From Ranitomeya imitator (lineage: Eukaryota), in NCBI RefSeq assembly GCF_032444005.1, contig NC_091288.1, positions 87,482,001 to 87,546,000 of the forward strand: 64,000 nt of DNA, written 5' to 3'. Below, piece after piece: positions 12,787 to 24,639 of this stretch (position 1 is the stretch's first letter; every line of letters begins with the position of its first letter). The notes beneath the pieces are model-generated. The model made no database searches. It was not told the DNA's origin and saw only the letters and a program-made list of their open reading frames with translations. Made by a program: the position numbers and the translations under genes.

Positions 12787-13554
12787 CCGTATTTTTTGGA
12801 CTATAAGATGCACTTTTTTCCCAAAAATTTTTTGGGGACAATAGGTGTGCGTCTTATAGTCTGAATATACTTACAAATACTGTGGCAGCAGCAGGAGTCG
12901 GGCGATTCTGCGGCGGTCCCAGTCCAACGCTGCCGGGCGATGCTCACACTCCCTTCCCAGGCTGGTGCGGATGGTGCAGCAGGTTCAGCGGTGGTGCGGG
13001 AGGGGGATCAATCTGAACTCAATCTGAGCATGTGCCCCCCGGCAGCCATTTACCTGGAGGCCACCACATCGCAGCATTGGATGTGCGGGGCCTCCGGATG
13101 TTCACAAAATGCTGACAGAGACCCCCCCCACTCCACAGAGCACCACCACCTCACCTGCGCACACCAGCCTCACCAGCCCACACCAACCTCAACTGCCCAC
13201 ACCAGCCTCAACTGCCCACACCAGCCGCACCTACCCAGACCAGCCGCACCTACCCACACCAGCCTCACCTGCCTACACCACCTCACCTGTGCACACCAGC
13301 CTCACCAGCCCACACCAGCCTCAACTGCCCACACCAGCTGCACCTACCCACGCCAGCCTCACCTGCCAGCCTGGAATGGGAGTCATTTCGCCGGACCACC
13401 GAACACCCCCTGTGACCACACTCCACCAGCGCTGCCGATCCCCCCCAGTAAGCTGAATTTGGACTGTAAGACGGACCCTCATTTGACACATTAATTTTTT
13501 TCCCCTATTTTCCTTCTGAAAATTTGGAGTGTTCTTATAGTCCGAAAAATACGG
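12787..13554. mobile_element. pogo/Tigger-like MITE with internal CACACCAGC-rich minisatellite (about 13130-13370)
   Basis: TIR CCGTATTTTT-GGACTATAAGA/TCTTATAGTCCGAAAAATACGG; TA on both sides. Confidence 0.75.
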
Positions 13555-13560
13555 TATATA

Positions 13561-13822
13561 AATATTGTGTCACTCTCCACAAGGAGAAACCTTACCCCTT
13601 AGATCCCAGTCCAGAGCCTCTCACCTAGCCAAATTAGTTCTCATGCTTCGCACTGACGAGGGCCAACAGCCCGAAACACCGTGTCTGGGAACTGAGATAC
13701 TGATTAGGCTTTTATCCTAAATCATATTGTACGACTCCTTAAAGGGTTGATTGTGACTTGTAGGATCACTATATCCAACAGGTGGTGCTATAGAGTTTAA
13801 GTCCTCTTTTTTTCTGAACAGG
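13561..13822 (+). mobile_element. Short retro-insertion carrying the hammerhead (Penelope-like pLTR fragment or retrozyme)
   Basis: flanked by 8-bp direct repeat GGTATATA (13553-13560, 13823-13830); no ORF; PLE association of minimal hammerheads is established knowledge. Confidence 0.65.
13627..13710 (+). ncRNA. Type I hammerhead ribozyme with intact catalytic core
   Basis: CTGACGA 13653-13659; helix II GGGC/GCCC with CAACA loop; GAAA 13673-13676; helix III ACAC-C-GTGT; GTC cleavage triplet 13683-13685; long imperfect helix I pairing 13627-13652 with 13686-13710. Confidence 0.85.
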
Positions 13823-14889
13823 CAATTTGCATGGTATATAGATAAGTGACAATTGTAAAAGATTATACTTTTTTTGACTCCTTGTGGTCATTTATTTTTC
13901 CAGAAGGAAACATTAAAGGGATTGTCCAGTTAAAACAAGTTATCACCTATTCATTGGATAGGTGGTAACTTGCTAATTGGTGGGTGTGTGATCTCTGGGA
14001 CTCAGGGAATTGGGGAACTCTTATCCCTGACAGGGAACTTTCATCTGTGTTACAAGATGGCGCAGCAGGTCAGGTGCTCAAGTACAATGCTGCTCCATTC
14101 TTACAGGGATAAAAGTTCCCCTTTCTGCCACTTAGTTCAAGTCTGAGCAGTCGGCCCCCCACAAATCCCCTGTGGATATGTGATAACTTATTTTTAACTG
14201 GCGGTGGTCTGTTCAATGTTCCAGCAATCCAGTGATTTTAATATAATTTGTACATGTGTAGCATTGGGCTAGGAAAGGAAGGTTCATGTAATGATTTTCT
14301 CTCATTTTATACATTTCTTTTTTGATGACAAAAGATATAAAATAATCCATCTGGCAATAGCAGAAGCTGAGTTTTACAAGCTCAGATAAGGATCTATGGA
14401 AAATCATTCCTAAACCTTATTCTTTATTCACTTCGGGGACCCAGACATGTTTTGGTGCTATCAACCAGCATGTCCAGTATACAGCTCCCAATGACTCTTA
14501 GATCCAGATGCACAAAGTGCTGGGAACTGTGTAGCAATAGATAGAAAAGTTATAATATTCTGTAAAATATAGACTTGATTATGTATTTAAAATAATAAAA
14601 TACATGTGCACAGAGGTCACGTGTTTCAGGTTTAGCAGCTGCTATGAGAAAGCTGCAAATCCTAATCTCAATGCCATTTATGTTTTACTGTTTTAGATAC
14701 GTAATAAAACCTTCACTTTATGGAATATCAAATTATCTCTAATGTTTTGTTTTTGTGTGTGTGTTTTGGTGCAAAAATCTAAACAATGAACTGATAGACA
14801 AATTATTTAATTAACCATAGGTAAATAATTATTGTATAAGAATTTAGTAGCTGAAATGTGTCATTTATGTTTGATGTTCCATTTTTAAG

Positions 14890-14999
14890 AAAAGTCAAAT
14901 TGACAAAATAGAGAAAAGCTTTGACCAAAGTGTCAGCAAAGTGGAGTCAAAATACAAGATCAGAATCCAGACTTTGATGAACGAGAATGCTGACTTAAG
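14890..14999 (+). CDS. FLACC1: FLACC1-like exon (KSQIDKIEKSFDQSVSKVESKYKIRIQTLMNENADL)
   Basis: ccatttttaag acceptor, gtaccg donor; 110 nt, phase 0 to 2; KYKIRIQTLMNENADL resembles the recalled human FLACC1 C-terminal KYKHTIQILTEENIHL. Confidence 0.87.
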
Positions 15000-15673
15000 G
15001 TACCGGTAATTTCTTTCTTGTTTACCTACAACCACATTTATTTATGTCCCTTCCATAAGTCGATTGCAGCCACTGATCTCGAATGTGGAGAAGGGACGTT
15101 CTGATAATGTAACACTACACCATGGTTGATCATTAAAGTAGCTGTCCGGAAATAGACAAAAAAATCTGCTGACTTTCCAGAAACAGTGTCATATCTTCCA
15201 ATAGTCTATATCTGGTAATGCGAATGATCCTTATGTATCATATAAGTGAAAAGAGCTAACAAATACCAGACCTAACCCATGGACAGACAATGGTCTGTTT
15301 ACAAAAAAACAAATAAACAATTTTTTCTTATCTTGAGAAACCCCTTTAATACTAATTTGGGGCTCTGGTCAGGTGAGCTCTCTTAACATGCATAACTTAG
15401 CATGTTCCCATACATCCTGACAGCTTACTGATATTCCATACACAGCTGCAGAGAAAATATGATCAAGTTGTCATAAACCAGGGCCGGATATATCATTGGT
15501 GTAACCTGTGCAGGCGCAGGAGGTAGGAGGGCTCATTTTGACCTCCAAAACTGGTGGAATGTGCATTGTGATGAGCTATTGAACAGGAAAGAGCCCATCG
15601 TATTGTTCTTGCACAGGGACCCTCTTCTGGTTGTGTCCCCAATGCATAAAACCATTTTATAAGCTTAAGTATA

Positions 15674-17379
15674 CAATTGTGTGAAAAACTGTTTGGCCCT
15701 TTCCTGATTTCCTATTCTTTTGCATGTTTGTCACACTTAAATGTTTCAGATCATCAAATTGATACAGGAAAGATATATATCTTGGTATTGTGTTAGCCAG
15801 TAGATAGAAAAATATTTAGAATTGAGAGTCCTCGGTGATCTGTATTTTTCAGATCACCAAACAAATTTAAATATTAGACAAAGGAACCAAATAGAAACAC
15901 AAAATGCAGTTTTTAAATGAAGGTCTTTATTATTAAGGGAAAAAAACTACAGGGCCCTATTTTGTGAAAAAGTTTTTGCCGCCCGCTTAAAACATAAATT
16001 AACTGTGGTTTATCACATCTTTGGGAACCTGAATTAAAATTCCCTAGCCACACCCAGAACTGATTACTGCCACACCTGTTCTCAATCAAGAAATCACTTA
16101 AATAGGACCTGTCTGACAAAGTGAAGTAGACCGAAAGACCTTAAAACCCCTAGACATCATGCCCATTATCCAAAGAAATTATGGAACAAATGAGAAACAA
16201 AGTAATTTAGAGCTATCAGTCTGGAAAAGGTTATATAGCCATTTCTAAAGCTTTTGGACTCCAGCAAACCACAGTGAGAGTCATTATCCACAAATGGCAA
16301 AGACAGCAGTGAATCTTTCCAGGAGTGGCCGGACTACCAAAATTTCCCCAAGAGCGCAACAACGACTCATCAAAGACGTAACAAAATAACCCTACGACAA
16401 CATCCACAGAACTGCAGGCCTCACTTGCCTGAGTTAAGGTCAGTGTTCATGACTCCACCATAAGACAGAGACTGGGCAAAAATGGCCTGCATGGCAGAGT
16501 TCCAAGACGAAAACCACTGCTGAGCAATAAGAACATAAAAACTTGTCTCAGTTTTGCTAGAAAACATCTTAATGATCCCCAAGACTTTTAGGAGAATACT
16601 TTGTGGACTGACAAGACAAAAGTTGAACTTTTTGGAAGGATGTATGTCTCATTACTTCTAGTATAGAAGTATCACAGTATTTCAGAAAAGAAACATCATT
16701 CCCACAGTAAAATATGTTGGTGGTAATGTGATGGTCTGGGTTGTTTTGCTGCTTCATGACCTGGAAAACTTGCTATGGTAACTGAAACCATGAATTCTGC
16801 AGTCCACCAAAAATCCTGAAGGAGATCTGGCCATCTGTTCGTGACCTCAAGCTGAAGCACACTTGGGTTATGCAGCAGGACAATGATCCAAAACACACCA
16901 GCAATTCACCCTTGAATGGCTCAAGAAAAGCAAAATTAAGACTTTGGAGTGGCCTACTCAAAGTCTTGACCTTAATCCGATTGAGATGCTGTGCATGAAC
17001 TTAAAAAGGCGGTTCATGCTCCGAAACCCTCCAATGCGGCTCAATTACAAAAATTCCGCAAAGATGAGTGGGCTTAAATTCCTCCAGATTGTTGTAAAAG
17101 ACTCATTGCCAGTTATCGCAAATGCTTGATTGCAGTTGTTGCTGCTAAGGGTGGCCCAACCAGTTATTAGGCAATCACTTTTTCACAGAAAGTCCTGTAG
17201 ATTTGGATTTCTTTTTCCCTTACTAATAAAGATCTTCATTTAAAAACTGAATTTTGTGTTTACTTGTGTTATCTTTGTGTAATATTTAAATTAGTTTAGT
17301 CGTTTGAAACATTTAAGTGAATCAAATATGCAAAAGAATAGGAACTCGCCAAGGGGGCAAACACTTTGTCACACAACTG
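15674..17379 (+). mobile_element. Full-length but degenerate Tc1 element
   Basis: TA-flanked long TIRs (CAATTGTGTGAAAA/TGTCACACAACTG); frameshifted transposase 16159-17170 with [15 protein letters not shown] and [13 protein letters not shown]. Confidence 0.9.
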
Positions 17380-17591
17380 TATAAGCTTATTTTGAAAAAA
17401 ATAAACCTACTAGCCTAGGCCTAAGCAAAGTGCGGTCCACGAGCTACAACCGGCCCTCTGGCTGTTTCAGTCCAGCCCGAGAATCGAGACGGTCGAAGGG
17501 ATAAAACAGTGGTCCACGGGCAGCACAGTGCCCTGCCCTGCCCACCATCCATCTGCCACCATCACTGCTATCCGCATCCTCTGGATGCAGT

Positions 17592-18844
17592 TGCAGCGCC
17601 CCAGAGATCTGGTCATTGCAGTATGACGCTCTGCCACTAAGGGGAGTGATGGTTCGTCCGATGGCACTGAAGGAATTCTCCTGACCAGGTATCACCAGAA
17701 CACTTTACACTTCACACTCTGGCCACTAGGGGGAGCAAAGGGCTTTATTTATTGGGCCACTCCTCACGCTGGTAAAACTAGGGGTCGGGGAGGAAGTTAG
17801 TCAGACGCTGACTGGGTTGGATTCAGGCAACATCCCGTGGCAGGGGGTGTTGCAGGGAGAAGACACAGGGGGGTCCCTGTCAGGCGTGGGAACCTGGCAG
17901 GTGCCTAGCGAACAGAACGTAATGGAACCGCGCCTGCACACCCCGCGGCGGTATCCAAGAGAGAGACACGAAGGGAAGGATATTGTGGAACAGTGTAAAC
18001 GAGATCAAGCACAGGGGTACCAGTAGGAGTCGTGCCGTGAGACCGAGACAACATCCTACTGAGGCGTGTAGCCGGTGGCGGGAGTAACTGACTTCAGGCC
18101 TTACTCCAAACTCCGCAGGACAGTTAATTATAGGTTGGCTGTCTCACCTAAACATCTACGAAGACATTGGGGGCAACTGTGGGAGAGGGCGTCTCTAGAG
18201 TCCCGGAAGACCTCCAGGCCTTCCCGTCATACAGGTGGCGTCCTAGCCATAACATACCTGGGGGACGTTAGAAACTAGTAACATCTGGAACCAAAGAACG
18301 AGAGAGCTGTAGAGAACGAACGAACGAGAACAGCAGTTGTGAGGACTATTCCGAATGCTCAGCAGGGTAGGACTACAACACAAACAGGCGCTAGTGGTAG
18401 GCAACGATTTCCATCTGCGAAGGAAACTCTGGATGTGCCCATCGGACCGACCGGTCTCAGATAGCCCTGTTAAACGTGCTCTGGATTGTGGATCCTGAAG
18501 TCTTCAGTAAAGAGGTAAAGAGACTGCAACCCTGTGTCCTCATTATTGACTGCACCCTACACCATTACCATCTACCTTACTGGGAAGCCCTGGGGACATA
18601 CTTCACCTTTGGCAAGGTATACCATCCAGCTGCCATTCCATCACCCCAGCGGACCCCACAGCAGCGTCGGTCACCCTGACCGAACACCACAGGTGGCATC
18701 ACGAACCCTTGACAGACTGTACCACCTTTATTGGACGCCCCTTAGCAGGGTCGCGGACCGGGTCTATCCACCGTGACAGCCTCAGAACTGAACCAGAGAG
18801 GTCCGGTACCGAGAACTCGTGGCCCTGTGTCTGGGGGCGCTCCA
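17592..18844. mobile_element. Solo LTR, same family as 4027 and 22260, opposite orientation
   Basis: TGCAGCGCCCCAGA ... CTGGGGGCGCTCCA; flanks CAGT/TGGT. Confidence 0.8.
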
Positions 18845-18994
18845 TGGTCAGTGGTGAATACATTAGTGGAGGATGAGCCGCTGGAGGATCCTTTTCCACC
18901 AATCAGCTGTGCACTGTGGAGAGTCAGTGCATCAGAGATAGGAGCAGAAGCATAGTGTCAGGGGAACTGGAGCAAAGTGAATGTTTTTTTTTCA

Positions 18995-19800
18995 TAGGAG
19001 GCTTTGTGGGGCTCATAGTGTATACTGGAGACAATATGGGGCTCATACTGTATATGAGAGGCTATGTGGGGCTCATACTGTATATGAGAGGCTATGTGGG
19101 GTTCATGCAGTGTAAGGGACTATACTGGAGACAATATGGGGCTCATTTAGTATATGGGAGGCAGTATAGGACTCATGCTGTATATGGGAGGCTATGTGAG
19201 GCTCATGCCGTATATGGGAGGCTGTGTGGAGCTCATGCTGTTTATAGGAGGCTATTTGGGGGCTTATGCTTTATATAGGAGGCTATGTGGAGCTCATGCT
19301 GTATATGGGAGGCTATGTGGGGTTCATGCTGTATGAGAGAGGTTGTGTGTGGCTCATGCTGTATAAGGGAGACTGTGGGGCTCATGATATATATGGGAGG
19401 CTATATGGGGTTCATGCTGTATATGGGAGGCTATGTGAGGCTCATGCCATATATAGGAGGCTATGTGGAGCTCATGCTGTATATGGGAGGCTATGTGGGG
19501 TTCATGCTGTATGAGAGAGGCTCATGCTGTATAAGGGAGACTGTGGGACTCATGATATGTATGGGAGGCTATATGGGGTTCATGCTGTATATGGGAGGCT
19601 ATATGACACTCATGCTGTATATGGTAGGCTATGTGGGGTATTATGCTGTATACAAGAGGCTATATGGGGGCTCATGCTGTATATAGGAGGCTATGTGGAG
19701 GTTCATACTGTATATAGGAGGCTAGGTGGGGCTCATGCTATATATAAGAGTCTAAGAGTTTATGTAGGGGCTCATACTGCATATACGAGGCTATGTGGTG
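18995..19800. repeat. About 30-bp minisatellite (GGGGCTCATGCTGTATATGGGAGGCTATGT)
   Basis: about 25 diverged tandem copies. Confidence 0.9.
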
Positions 19801-20849
19801 GCTTGTGGGCTGTGCGCGGCCTCATATGGTGTTTAGGGGGTTCTCTGCATACGTAATTCAGCTAAATATTAAGTTATACAATTAATATTAATATAAAATA
19901 GTTATAATATATTAATATTGAGCAGATTAATTTCAGCCTATTGGTGCGGCCATCCACAACAGTGACTGTCTCTCATGTGGCCCCTTGGGAGAAGTAATTG
20001 CCCACGCCTGCACTAGACCTATTGAAGCAACCTCTGTTAATCATAGATTGGTGTTATTCCACAGAGGAATAAACTGAGTCAAATTTCCTGAAATTCACAG
20101 GTCTCTGCAAATTAAAACACTTTGTGATTAATTTCGAGAAGATCAGCAAGAAATGAATAAAATCTTGTGTCTAACCCTTACTGCCCTGTAGCCTTGGCAC
20201 CACATGGTCATGGTGCAGCCAATCATGGAGCCTAACACCGCCAGTATAAAAGATGGCGGCTGGCCAAAGAGCACCATATGCTTGTACTGTGTAGGGATGG
20301 GAGGTCAAAGTGCACAGCTAATTCAACCTAGGGGTATGAAAAAAGGAAAGCGATGAGGGGTGCTCTCCAGGGGCCATAACTTTCAGTATCAAAAAGGTAA
20401 GAATGGATTAAGGATATTAATCTTATAGAGTTGTGCATATAATAGACACAACTCTACAATGTGCATGGCTGGGAGTTGGAACACCTCTTAGCGGGTGTCA
20501 GCTGCTGATCCATTCGGCTGGAGTCCTGTGGTCTCTGTGACCATCAGAGCAGGAGATAAATGAATGTGTATGGCTTGGATAAAGCAGCCTGGTGCTGGGT
20601 GCTGCTCTGTAATTGAATGCACTATTAGGATGCAGCAAACTCATGTAGTAAAGATGGCGGCAAAAGAGGTGCAAGATACTGATGAGGCAACCACTTATGG
20701 CCTACCAATTCATGGAGGGGGTGATTGCTTAGTATTAAATTGCACAAAAGTGGAATTTTTAAAAATTTTATTTTTAATGTTTTTTTTTTTTTTCAAATTT
20801 AGAAAAACATTTTTTCTCACTTTTTACTGTATTTGTTGGTCCCCTTAGG

Positions 20850-21238
20850 GAACTTGAAGTTGCGACCATCCGATTGCTTGTGCTATACATAGCAGTGCAT
20901 CAGAACTGCTATGTATAGAGAAAATCAATATCTCCTATGAACATCAGCTAAACGCTGGCTTTCACATGAGTATCGTAATGACAAGACCCCCAGCTACCAT
21001 GGCAACCCACCGGCGCCTCACGATCACGACACGGGCATACCAATGGGAATGCCATGCCCCCTTGGCGCCATGGGTTAAATGTCGTAGGCGGAACTATGCC
21101 TGTGGCTGTTAGAGGCAAATAATGGCTGATTAGATCAGCCAACGTCTGCTGAAAAGATGCGGTCTCGATATGCGAGAACTGCATTAAAGGCAGGGACATG
21201 ACACAGTATATCGTAACTTTGTCATGTCGTGAAGGGGT
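20850..21238. mobile_element. piggyBac-like right-end fragment
   Basis: ends GTGAAGGGG|TTAA; similar subterminal sequence at 1420-1650 and 30260-30800. Confidence 0.5.
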
Positions 21239-21337
21239 TAAAGGAGTTTTCTGCTTTTAGAGAAGAGGACCCCACATATTCCTGTAATGTATCCTCTCTG
21301 GTCCCAGCACTGGCTCTCCACCGCTACTCCCATCTTA

Positions 21338-21837
21338 GGCTATGTTCACACGGTGTGTTTTTAATGCTTTTTTTCCCGCAGGCAAAACCTGCTCTCTTGG
21401 CAGTAAAGAAGCAACGTCACAAAAACAGGTATTGCTGAGTGTTTGCTGCTTTTTTGTGTGGCGTTTTTGCTGTATGTTTGGTGCGCTTTTTACTGCGCTT
21501 TTGTCAGGGTACATTTGTCTCTTGTGCATGCTCATAAAATTTAGTGCATAAAAAAATAATCTGATTCAACTGCATCAGGGTTTAGCAGCAAAACCTGATA
21601 CCTGCACTTCCCATTACTTTCAATGGATGAAAAACGCTGCAAAAACTCTGAAAGAAATTACATGTTGCATTTTGCAAAAATGCAGCGCTTTGACAAAACA
21701 GTCAGGAATAAAAAAAAAACAAGCTATCTGCATGAGATTCCTAAAATCTCAGACTTTGTGGTACTGTGAAACGCAGCTGAAAATTTGCATAAAAAAGCAT
21801 GAAAAATGCTGCAAAAATACAATGTACAAACATAGCC
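21338..21837. mobile_element. Harbinger-type fold-back MITE
   Basis: TTA|GGCTATGTTCACAC ... AACATAGCC; related to 24039-24487 and 53220-53555. Confidence 0.7.
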
Positions 21838-22259
21838 TTTTTTTGGCTACAGTGATGATGTCCCTACGGCAGCACGCATCAACAAAAATGCGGCCTCAGC
21901 GGCTCATGCCGTCTTCATCGTCTGGAGCTGCTGATGATAATCTGTTTTTACAGGCTCCAGACATGTAAATTTGTTATTGATGACTATTTCTAAAAACAAT
22001 ATAAATATTCTCCTTCAAAAGCAGGTCTTAAGCTGCTGAAGAACCTCTTTTTAAATATATAAGGAGCAATTCTTATTAAGATGGATTTAGACTAGCCGAC
22101 CCATGGCGTTAAATGTCCGACGATCGGCTACGTAGCAGCCTGTCCCCGCGGTTGTTCAATAATCTGTTTAGACTGGCAAGCTCCACTTCTATGTGCACAA
22201 AACGATAATTCTGTGCACATATACTGTCAATTTTCTCGGCCGCACACGTGTCTTGTTTG

Positions 22260-23451
22260 TGGAGCGCCCCCAGACGCAGGACCGCGGGTTACTCGGTACC
22301 GGTCCTCTCAGTCTCGGTGCTGGGGTTGTCACGGTGGCTGGACCCGGTCCGTGACCCTGCTAAGGGGCATCCAATGAAAGGGGTGATGATAGTTTGTCAC
22401 GGGTTCGTGACGCCACCTGTGGTATTCGGTCAGGGTGACCGACGCTGCTTGGGGGTCCGCTGGGGTGATGGAATGGCAGCTAGATGGTATAGCTTCCCAC
22501 AGGTGAAGTATATCCCCAGGGCTTCCCAGTAGTGTAGGTGGCGATGATGTGAGGCGCAGTTAAAAACGAGGACACAGGGTTGCAGTCTCTTTACCTTTTA
22601 CTGAAGACTTCGGGATCCGCAATCCAGAGCACTGTTAACTGGGCTGGCTGAGTCCGGCCAGTCCGAAGGCACATCCAGAGTTCCCTTTGCAGGTGGAAGT
22701 CAGTGCCTACCAACTAGTGCCTGTGTTTTGTAGTTCTTCCCTGCTGAGCATTCGGGATAGTCCTCACAACTTTTGTATCTGTTCTTTCTCTTTCGTCCCC
22801 CAAGTTATTGTCTGGATAGGATGCACCCGTTTGACAGGAAGGCTCTGAGCTATTCTGGGACCCTAGAGACGCCCCTCTCCAACTTTGCCCCCTATGTCTG
22901 CTTAGGTGATGTAAGGTAGACAGCCAACCTAAAATCAACTGTCCTGCCGTTGTTTGAAGTAATGCTTGGAGTCTGTTACTTCCTCGGCGTTCCGGCCACC
23001 GGCTACGGGCCTCAGTAGGATGTTGCCGATCACGGGGCACGACTCCTACTGGATATCTCCTTGTGCTGCGATTTCGTTTCTCACTTCTCCACAATATCCT
23101 TCGCTTTGTGTCCTTCCTAAGGATGCCGCCGCAATGTAGTGCAGTCGCGGCTCCGTGCGTTCTGTCCTTTCTGCTAGGTACCTACCAGGAACTCACCCCT
23201 GACAGGTCCTCCCTGGAGCTCTCCCAGGCTGCGTTCTGTCTAACTTCCTATCCAACCCCCAGTTTTTCCAAAGTGTGAGGAGTGGCCTAATACATAGTGC
23301 CTTTTGCTCCCCCTGGTGGCTGGAGTGTGAAGTGTAATGTGTGACTGTGATATCTGGTCAGGTGAACTCCTTTAGTGCAATCAGACATAACATCACTCCC
23401 CTTAGTGGCAGAACGACATTACTGCAACGACCAGGACTCTGGGGCGCTGCA
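22260..23451. mobile_element. Solo LTR (uninterrupted copy of the family)
   Basis: TGGAGCGCCCCCAGA ... TCTGGGGCGCTGCA; flanks TTTG/CTTG. Confidence 0.8.
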
Positions 23452-24038
23452 CTTGCCTAACAATAATTTCACCTGAATGTTTTCCTCATTTGTCAGGTAA
23501 TTGGCAGCCTCTTTACACTTACCAATTATCAGAAAATAATTGTTTCTTGCTCGTTCATGCACCCTTACTCAGCATTTGGCACAGGTAAGGTAACACTGCA
23601 GAATAGCATGAGCAGTGTTACCTCTGAACTGAACTACCTTGCATGTTGTTTTACTCCAGTCATTGTCAGCAAGCAACCTGAATGGTGTCTAACTCATTCT
23701 ATCTCCGGCATTGAATCCTGCATGTATCTAGATTTGTTAGCCATCTTAGCAAGCATTTGTTTTGGTACATTTTTGTATATAGCTATTGAACTTACTTCTA
23801 CTTGTTCCTTATGCAGAGAGGTCATATAACTGTTTTCAAAGTGGTTTATGATCCTTGTAGGCCTGGACATTTGTCTATCTGTTCACTACATTTATTGTGT
23901 CCTGCTGTCTCAAGTTAGTTTGATTGCTAAGAGAGAAAAAAAAGTAAGATCTAAGAGCTAGCCTCCTATAAATTTAGACACAGCCTGGGGAAGCATTTGT
24001 GCAGGGGGCATTTGTGCACATCTATCTGTGCACATTTA

Positions 24039-24487
24039 GGTTAAGTTCACACAGGACTTTTTTGCTGCGTATTTTTGCTGCATATTTTTACTGCTTTTTT
24101 ATGCTAATTTAGGTGGATTTTTGGTGCATTATTTGGTGCGTTTTTTCGGTGTGTGTTTTTTTTTCTCTTTTTCCAGGCTAATGTCCTTGGATTTTCAGCA
24201 GCAAAAATGCAGCAAATAATGAAACCTGCGTTTTTGCTGCATTTTTTTCAACACCCAGTCAAGTCAATGGGTGAAAAAACGCAGCAAAAACGCTGAAAGA
24301 AGTGACATGCTCTATGTCAAAAAAATGCAGCAAAGCACAAAATACTGATCAAACAAAAAAATAATGTGTGTGCATTAGATTTCTGAAATCTCATTGGCTG
24401 TGCTGGTACTGTAAAAAGCAGCTGAAAATTAGCATAAAAAAAATGCATAAAAAATACACAGCAAAAAAGTCCTGTGTGAACTTACCC
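24039..24487. mobile_element. Harbinger-type fold-back MITE
   Basis: TTA TSD on both sides; TIR GGTTAAGTTCACACAGG/CCTGTGTGAACTTACCC. Confidence 0.75.
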
Positions 24488-24639
24488 TTAATCGAAGTAC
24501 ATTTATCAAAGTACTGACAGTTACAACATGGCAGTTAGACAGGGCAGGAAGGGCAGGAGACAGGTAAGACAATCAAATAAATCTATTCCCTGTACATTTG
24601 GAACACAACAAATATTCACCATATAGCATTTATATGCTA

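Larger units (their letters stand above)
17416..20010. mobile_element. Charlie-like hAT element hosting a solo LTR and a minisatellite
   Basis: degenerate CAGGCGTGGGCAA TIRs; 8-bp TSD TACTAGCC/CACTAGAC (6/8). Confidence 0.55.

Noticed and set aside
12940-13494. 184-aa His/Pro-rich ORF
   Set aside because: Product of the CACACCAGC minisatellite inside a pogo-like MITE.
22260-23451. DIRS-type identity for the 1.2-kb repeat family
   Set aside because: TG..CA ends and 4-bp TSDs fit integrase-type LTRs; DIRS elements generally lack TSDs.
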